Origin: a virus
Taxonomy: Duplodnaviria > Caudoviricetes
IMG/VR virus record: IMGVR_UViG_3300003406_000182
Coordinates: 1-50,610 of that record
Direction: 5' to 3' (one strand)
Length of the DNA: 50,610 bases
Position 1 is the first letter of the stretch, and each line of letters begins with the position of its first letter. Of this stretch, positions 45,682 to 50,610 are shown piece after piece. The notes beneath the pieces were generated by a model. The model was not told the DNA's origin, searched no databases, and saw only the letters and a program-made list of their open reading frames with translations. Both the position numbers and the translations under genes were made by a program.

Positions 45682-45912
45682 ATGCGTTCAATCATCCTCG
45701 CCTTACTCGCCTGCAGCGCTACCGGTCTCGGCACCATGTATCTGGCAAAAGTCGCTTGCGACCTGCCCGAGCCGGCAACGTTCGAAATAGTCGCCGAGAC
45801 CTATTCCGGCAACGTCTATGTGGCGGGAGTCGGCGACAGCTGCCGCGCAGCATGGGAAGGCGCACGCGTCCCTTCCGACTGGTCAAGCATCATTTGCCGG
45901 GAGTCAAAGTGA
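45682..45912 (+). CDS. Small membrane-anchored or exported protein
   Basis: Starts at a repeated leader; hydrophobic N-terminus. Confidence 0.65.
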   Translation: MRSIILALLACSATGLGTMYLAKVACDLPEPATFEIVAETYSGNVYVAGVGDSCRAAWEGARVPSDWSSIICRESK

Positions 45913-46142
45913 TGGACTTTCTCGCCCTGCAGCGTTGCCTCAATCGGGCACGCGCGGCCGTTCGCAACGGCAACATCATTACAGCCGACTCGCATATGCG
46001 CCATGCGCTCAGCATCGCCAATTCGCTGAAGAGCGCGACGGCCAGGCGCGTCATTTTCCGAATCCGAAACAAGATGCGGCCGCATGTGTCGCGGGAACTG
46101 GACTACATCGCCGCGCAAATCGTTGCCGGCAAATTCAACTGA
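45912..46142 (+). CDS. Small basic hypothetical protein
   Basis: GGGAG RBS; TGATG coupling (MDFLALQRCLNRAR..). Confidence 0.6.
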   Translation: MDFLALQRCLNRARAAVRNGNIITADSHMRHALSIANSLKSATARRVIFRIRNKMRPHVSRELDYIAAQIVAGKFN

Positions 46143-46154
46143 AAAGAGGGAATC

Positions 46155-47072
46155 ATGTCAATGTCACTTAAGGAAATCTGGAATCGTCAATCCTATGCCG
46201 GAGGAACGCCAAGCGCTGCCGAATTGCTTGTTTGGTCCTATCGATACCATAGGGCCACGGGATTGCGCGTCGATAGATATTCGCTGCATTCGCGCGGCGC
46301 ATTGGCCGTCGACGCCATAAAAGAGGCACGCAGAGAAGCTGCAGCAGGGAAGACTCGTTACCTTTCCAGTCTTCCGGCCGGCTATGGCACGAGCGGAAAG
46401 CCATTCTCCGCATACGGCTCAAAGCACATGCGATTCATCGAGTCCTCGATCGCGGCCGGACTCCGCTTTGTCGGCTATGCGGACAAGATCGCCGAGTTGC
46501 AGCATACCGGCTGGTATCTGCAGAATGGCGACTACAATGAATCCGTCCGCGGAGTCATCTTTCGCATGGCTGCCCGGAATGGCGTCGAGCGTTTCGTAGG
46601 CGGCTACGAAGATCCGTGGAACGGCAAAGCCGACTCCGATGGACCTGTTTGCCTCGACTTCAGCGACATTCGCGACTCGGAACGCGATGCTGCCTATGCT
46701 GCCGACTCCATTGCCGAGCGCATGGCGAAAACGCATCGCGAATATGACGCAGCATGGCAAGCCGGTAGCCAATATGCCGGGCTCGGGGAAGTGATTTCCG
46801 ATAGCCGTGCCGAGATCAAAGAGTCAATCTCACTTTTCCGCCAGCTGCGCCGCGACCTGGTAGCCGCGTCGATCGACGTTGCGAAATACGGCAAGCTATG
46901 CGCGACCATTCGCGGCGACGTGCGCAAGGAACTGGACTCCATCGCCGAAGCACGGGCCGAACGCGCCAGGCTGCGGGAAGGCGACTGGATATCCGAACGG
47001 CTGCCCGGTTGGAATTCCAACGATTCGAACCTGGTCGCCGCGTTCAATGACGGCGCCGGCATAGCCGCTTGA
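46155..47072 (+). CDS. Hypothetical early phage protein
   Basis: 305-aa ORF with GAGGG RBS; GLRFVGYAD..HTGWY..AAYAADS.AE motif. Confidence 0.75.
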   Translation: MSMSLKEIWNRQSYAGGTPSAAELLVWSYRYHRATGLRVDRYSLHSRGALAVDAIKEARREAAAGKTRYLSSLPAGYGTSGKPFSAYGSKHMRFIESSIAAGLRFVGYADKIAELQHTGWYLQNGDYNESVRGVIFRMAARNGVERFVGGYEDPWNGKADSDGPVCLDFSDIRDSERDAAYAADSIAERMAKTHREYDAAWQAGSQYAGLGEVISDSRAEIKESISLFRQLRRDLVAASIDVAKYGKLCATIRGDVRKELDSIAEARAERARLREGDWISERLPGWNSNDSNLVAAFNDGAGIAA

Positions 47073-47108
47073 CTCTCGTATCAATTTCACTAAATAAGTG
47101 AAAGTCAC
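47069..47108 (+). promoter_or_regulatory. Second rightward early promoter with the same architecture as 45367
   Basis: TTGACTC..tTCACtaaataaGTGAaagTCAC. Confidence 0.55.
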
Positions 47109-47131
47109 TTTTGACAGAAAAGGAACGTGAA

Positions 47132-47245
47132 ATGAAAACTTCCAAATCGACCTTTGCCGAATCCGAACGCGGCCGCATTCGCCGCGATAGCCGGCGCCGG
47201 GCACGGCATGCCAAGCGCACCTTCGCCTTCATGGCTTCGGTCTAA
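47132..47245 (+). CDS. 37-aa arginine-rich peptide (not in the ORF track)
   Basis: AAAGGA RBS; MKTSKSTFAESERGRIRRDSRRRARHAKRTFAFMASV. Confidence 0.5.
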   Translation: MKTSKSTFAESERGRIRRDSRRRARHAKRTFAFMASV

Positions 47246-47259
47246 TGGGAGTCGGGAAA

Positions 47260-47649
47260 ATGAAGTATCGTGAACCGAAGCCCGAGACCGTCCTGGCTGC
47301 CACACTGGCAAGTGAACCGGGCGAACATTCTATCGGCCACTATGCCGCGTGTGACGCGGAGTCGCTTGTGCGTCTCGGCAAACGTGCTGCCCGCATTGCC
47401 GAGCAACGCTGCAACGGAATCGAACGCTTCGATCCGAAAGCCGGCCGCGTGCTCGCGACCTGGACGGAAGAGGATGAAACGCGCGCCGATCAAGCTGCCG
47501 AGCGCATCCGCAAACAGGCTGCCGAGATTCTGAAATCCTATGGCGCGGATAGCGTCACGGTAGGCGGAGATCCGCGCGGCTTTTGTCTCACATTTCGCCT
47601 TGCATCCGGCCGTTCGAATTCGGCTAGCTCCGGCATTTGGGGAGTCTGA
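47260..47649 (+). CDS. Hypothetical early phage protein
   Basis: GGGAG RBS; AE..CNG..GDPRG motif. Confidence 0.75.
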   Translation: MKYREPKPETVLAATLASEPGEHSIGHYAACDAESLVRLGKRAARIAEQRCNGIERFDPKAGRVLATWTEEDETRADQAAERIRKQAAEILKSYGADSVTVGGDPRGFCLTFRLASGRSNSASSGIWGV

Positions 47650-47652
47650 GCC

Positions 47653-47847
47653 ATGTTGAAAATTGAGTTTTCAACGGAAAACGCCGCCTTCGACGAAAGC
47701 CCGGCCGAAGTGACCGCGCGCATTTTGCGCGATATCGCTACCAAGATTGAAACCACGTCGCATGGTGGCGGCCCGGTCTATGACGGCAATGGCAACCGAA
47801 TCGGAGTCTGGACTCTCAGCATCCGCGATCGCGAGTCCGACGCATGA
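47653..47847 (+). CDS. Hypothetical early phage protein
   Basis: F.TENAAF..E.ARILR.IA..D.NGNRIG.W motif; GGGAG RBS. Confidence 0.75.
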   Translation: MLKIEFSTENAAFDESPAEVTARILRDIATKIETTSHGGGPVYDGNGNRIGVWTLSIRDRESDA

Positions 47848-47981
47848 TTCCCGCGGCTTCCGTCCAACGTCAGCGCGACCTGGTAGCCGAGTCCATCGCT
47901 GCCGAGCCATTCGCGGAGTCGGCATTCGCTGCCGTCGATATCCTGGACGGTAACGATTGGCATTTGCCGAGCCGCGCCTAA
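47844..47981 (+). CDS. 45-aa hypothetical protein (not in the ORF track)
   Basis: ATGA overlap; fills the gap up to the next repeated leader. Confidence 0.45.
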   Translation: MIPAASVQRQRDLVAESIAAEPFAESAFAAVDILDGNDWHLPSRA

Positions 47982-48010
47982 AAATCAACTTTAAAGAGGA
48001 AATCACGCAA

Positions 48011-48547
48011 ATGCCCGAATTCATTCTTGATACGGCCGGACGCGTGCCGATTGCCCATGCCGAACACATCATGGGCGCCACGTTGGCTTTCGATAACCTG
48101 GACGCCTTCACGCAAGGCTATATCGAAGCGCTGTTTTTCACATCCGAATGCCCGCAAGTCGACACGGAAGAATTCTGGACTCCTGAGTTTCAGGAAGACA
48201 TGCGGGAAGGCCGCGCGGATGGAGTCCTACCGTGCGACGTGGGGTTCGGCGACCTAAGCCCGGAAGCGCTGCAAAGCATCATTGCCGATTGCCGCGATTT
48301 TCAGGAAGCCAACGCCGCGTTGCTCGGGCAGGCATATGAGACCGTCCGCGAATACACGTGCGGCCATTACGATCCGACCTATGACGCATCGCAAGCCGGC
48401 CGCGATTTCTGGTTTACCCGTAACGGCCATGGCGTCGGCTTTTGGGACCGTGGACTCGGCGAGGTAGGCGAAAAGCTTTCCAAGGCGTGCGGCCGAACTG
48501 AGATCGATCCTTATTTCGGCGAAGACGGCCGAGTCCATCTCGATTGA
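48011..48547 (+). CDS. Acidic hypothetical early phage protein
   Basis: Starts at a repeated leader; FTQGYIEALFF..QAGRDFWFTRNGHGVGFWDR motif. Confidence 0.8.
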   Translation: MPEFILDTAGRVPIAHAEHIMGATLAFDNLDAFTQGYIEALFFTSECPQVDTEEFWTPEFQEDMREGRADGVLPCDVGFGDLSPEALQSIIADCRDFQEANAALLGQAYETVREYTCGHYDPTYDASQAGRDFWFTRNGHGVGFWDRGLGEVGEKLSKACGRTEIDPYFGEDGRVHLD

Positions 48548-48577
48548 ACTATCACCTTTAAAGAGGGAATCACGCAA

Positions 48578-49201
48578 ATGAATCTTTTTGAAACCGAAAA
48601 GCAACTGGCAGCTTCCGGCTACCTTTTCCGCATCGTCGACAATGGTGGCGCGACCTTCGATCGTATAACCGTCATTTTCAGCGACGGGGATTGCCTCGGC
48701 CTATCGCAAAGCGGCGCCGGCTTTTCCCAATGGGGCGGCAATATAGACCTGCAGGGGATAGCCGAACGCGTTGAAAGCGGCGAAGAGGTCGACCTTTCAT
48801 TCGGCGACCTATTGCCCGAATTGCGCTTGCACATTCTCCGCAGAGTCAATGAGGCATGGCGCGACTCTCTGGAAGCGATCGCGGCCGATAATCGCGACAT
48901 CGTAGCAAGCGGCCGTGAGAAGGCTGAAGTCAATGACGGCACATGGCAAAGCGGTGGCAAGGGCATTTATGCGGCCGGAACGGCCTATTGCGTGCGCCTG
49001 GACTCCTATTGGGGTGGCGAAGACCGCGGACCTTACACAAGCCCGGCTGAAGCATTGGCAGCCACGTTGCCGGATGCATATTCGCTTGCCGGTCCTGAGT
49101 ATCATTCATCCGTCGACGTGGACTCGATGAAACGGACCAAGGGCACGGCCGCCAGGTTGCGCGCCTTGGAAAAGCGCAACGCAATGGAGTCGGCAGCATG
49201 A
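48578..49201 (+). CDS. Hypothetical early phage protein
   Basis: Starts at a repeated leader; DNGG.TFDR.TV..GFSQWG motif. Confidence 0.75.
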   Translation: MNLFETEKQLAASGYLFRIVDNGGATFDRITVIFSDGDCLGLSQSGAGFSQWGGNIDLQGIAERVESGEEVDLSFGDLLPELRLHILRRVNEAWRDSLEAIAADNRDIVASGREKAEVNDGTWQSGGKGIYAAGTAYCVRLDSYWGGEDRGPYTSPAEALAATLPDAYSLAGPEYHSSVDVDSMKRTKGTAARLRALEKRNAMESAA

Positions 49202-49452
49202 CCTATTTCAATGGGCATGGTTTCACGGATTGCCGAGGCCAATGGCGCTATGCACCCACGACGGCAATCTACTGTGACACATGCGCGGAATCAGCAATTC
49301 CGCTGCCGCAGATTGATTCTCGCCGAGATGGGGAATCCGATGCTGAACACGCGCGGCGGGCGGGCGGACAGCGCCACCACGGAACCGATTTCAAATGGGC
49401 GCCCTGGTATGGCGGAAACACCGCATGCATGAAATGCGGGAAGCTTGTCTAA
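49198..49452 (+). CDS. Small zinc-binding protein
   Basis: CDTC..CMKCG; ATGA overlap. Confidence 0.6.
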   Translation: MTYFNGHGFTDCRGQWRYAPTTAIYCDTCAESAIPLPQIDSRRDGESDAEHARRAGGQRHHGTDFKWAPWYGGNTACMKCGKLV

Positions 49453-50610
49453 ATGACCTTCCTACATCTCGGCAATGGCGCCGCTATCCCGTATCGCTAC
49501 CTTTCCCGTCACGTGGGAATCTTCGGTGCAACGGGAACCGGTAAATCCGTCACGCTTGGCGCCATTGCCGAGCGTGCGCCTTGCCCGATTCTGATATTCG
49601 ACGCGAAAGGCGACCTTGAGTCCCTTGCGTCGACTCTCATTCGGCCGGCTATGCGGATCGATGCAATGGGCGCCGATCTACTAGCACGCGCCCTAGACCT
49701 ATCCGAAGCACAAGCCGGCGCCCTTCAGATTGCCCTCGCATGGGCCGAAGACTGCAACCGCGGCGTTGCCACGCTCGCGGATCTGCGCTGCCTGCTTAAC
49801 GATGCGCTGCAGCACGATCTAAGCGGCGCCTACGGTCTCATATCCCCGATATCCGTTGCGGCCGTCCAGCGTGCCCTATTGCGGCTGGAACGGCATTCCC
49901 CGTGGACTTTCACCGCGTCGACGTTCGATCCGCGCGACACGGCCGGAATCGCGGTCTACGCAGCTGCCGAACTGGCCAGCGTGCCAGGTCTATATGGCGC
50001 GTTTGCCGCCCATGTGCTCGACTCGCTTTATCGCGGTCTCGGGGAAGTCGGCGACGTGGCAGCACCCGGACTCCTGGTTATGATCGACGAAGCGCATTTG
50101 ATATTTGACGGTGCGAGTCCATCCATCGTGCGGCGCATAGAACAAATCACGCGACTCATTCGTTCGAAGGGAGTCGGCCTGGTCTATGTGACGCAATCGC
50201 CTTCGGATCTACCGGCCGCGATAGCCGGGCAGCTGGCAACGCGGATTCAACATGCTTTGCGCGCATCGACTCCGCAGCATCTCAAAGCGCTTAAAGCCGC
50301 GGCCGAGACCATGCCCGGCAACATCGCTGCCGCGGATATCCTGGGACTCGGAACCGGGCAGGCTATCGTTTCCATTCCAGATGCGGCCGGCAAGCCCTTG
50401 CCAGGTCGCTGCGTTGCCATACAGCGCGGCAAGGTCGCTTTGCATGGCGTAGGGCTTCCTGAGCCTGTACAGCCTGCTAGGGCGCCCATGGCGGCAGATG
50501 AGCCTATCCCCGAGCCTTCGGCGCCCATGCCTCGCCCATGGTGGCGCTATGCTGTCTGGACGGCCGCGGCGCTATGGGGACTCGTGCTGATAGGCCACGC
50601 GTTGCCTTAG
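49453..50610 (+). CDS. HerA/FtsK-superfamily ATPase (DUF853/YjgR-like) with a C-terminal TM segment
   Basis: RH..I.GATGTGKSVT Walker A, DAKGDL, L.EVGD...P.L..IDEAHLIF, EQ..RLIRSKGVG...VTQ.P.D and RIQHALRA; Pro linker then WWRYAVWTAAALWGLVLIG. Confidence 0.88.
   Translation: MTFLHLGNGAAIPYRYLSRHVGIFGATGTGKSVTLGAIAERAPCPILIFDAKGDLESLASTLIRPAMRIDAMGADLLARALDLSEAQAGALQIALAWAEDCNRGVATLADLRCLLNDALQHDLSGAYGLISPISVAAVQRALLRLERHSPWTFTASTFDPRDTAGIAVYAAAELASVPGLYGAFAAHVLDSLYRGLGEVGDVAAPGLLVMIDEAHLIFDGASPSIVRRIEQITRLIRSKGVGLVYVTQSPSDLPAAIAGQLATRIQHALRASTPQHLKALKAAAETMPGNIAAADILGLGTGQAIVSIPDAAGKPLPGRCVAIQRGKVALHGVGLPEPVQPARAPMAADEPIPEPSAPMPRPWWRYAVWTAAALWGLVLIGHALP

Larger units (their letters stand above)
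45655..48580 (+). repeat. Three near-identical 30-nt gene leaders ATCAnnTTTAAAGAGGrAATCACGCAAATG
   Basis: 45655-45684, 47984-48013 and 48551-48580, each ending in a start codon; partial copy at about 46134-46157. Confidence 0.9.
1..50610. mobile_element. Prophage of a temperate siphovirus with lambda/Chi-like head-tail gene order; probably incomplete on the right
   Basis: Integrase, excisionase, terminase, portal, capsid, tail, lysis and phage accessory genes in canonical order; no host housekeeping genes; no replication module in the window. Confidence 0.95.

Noticed and set aside
49453-50610. HerA-based defence system (Sir2-HerA type)
   Set aside because: Motifs fit the DUF853 clade and no effector partner is adjacent within the window

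Overview
The window is most of a temperate siphovirus prophage, probably from an alphaproteobacterium (it encodes a GapR/DUF2312 homologue and shows strong GANTC patterning). From left to right: a P4-type tyrosine integrase; an antisense non-canonical tRNA-like RNA; an AlpA-type excisionase coupled to a lambda/Chi-like packaging and head module (terminase, gpW, portal, S49 protease, decoration protein, gpE capsid); a long-tail module with a -1 frameshifted chaperone and several fibre/appendage genes; a holin, SAR endolysin and spanin cassette; a post-lysis appendage cassette with a 1204-aa LamG/lyase-like protein; two methyltransferases; a leftward operon of small accessory genes; a repeat-rich junction at about 44.3-45.3 kb that may hold cos; and a rightward arm of orphan early genes. 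No replication module or clear CI repressor is visible, so the element probably continues past the right edge. The most unusual signals are: (1) an abrupt, roughly 4-6-fold enrichment of GANTC (CcrM) sites right of about 45.2 kb; (2) a DFxDLL peptide shared at the termini of unrelated proteins; (3) the tRNA-like GCA RNA with trailing hairpins; (4) a TCAC-N7/8-GTGA box in many intergenic gaps; (5) TTTCTCCGAG repeats bracketing moron genes; and (6) a cadherin-like domain split across two genes. Family assignments come from motif recognition by eye, and counts are manual.
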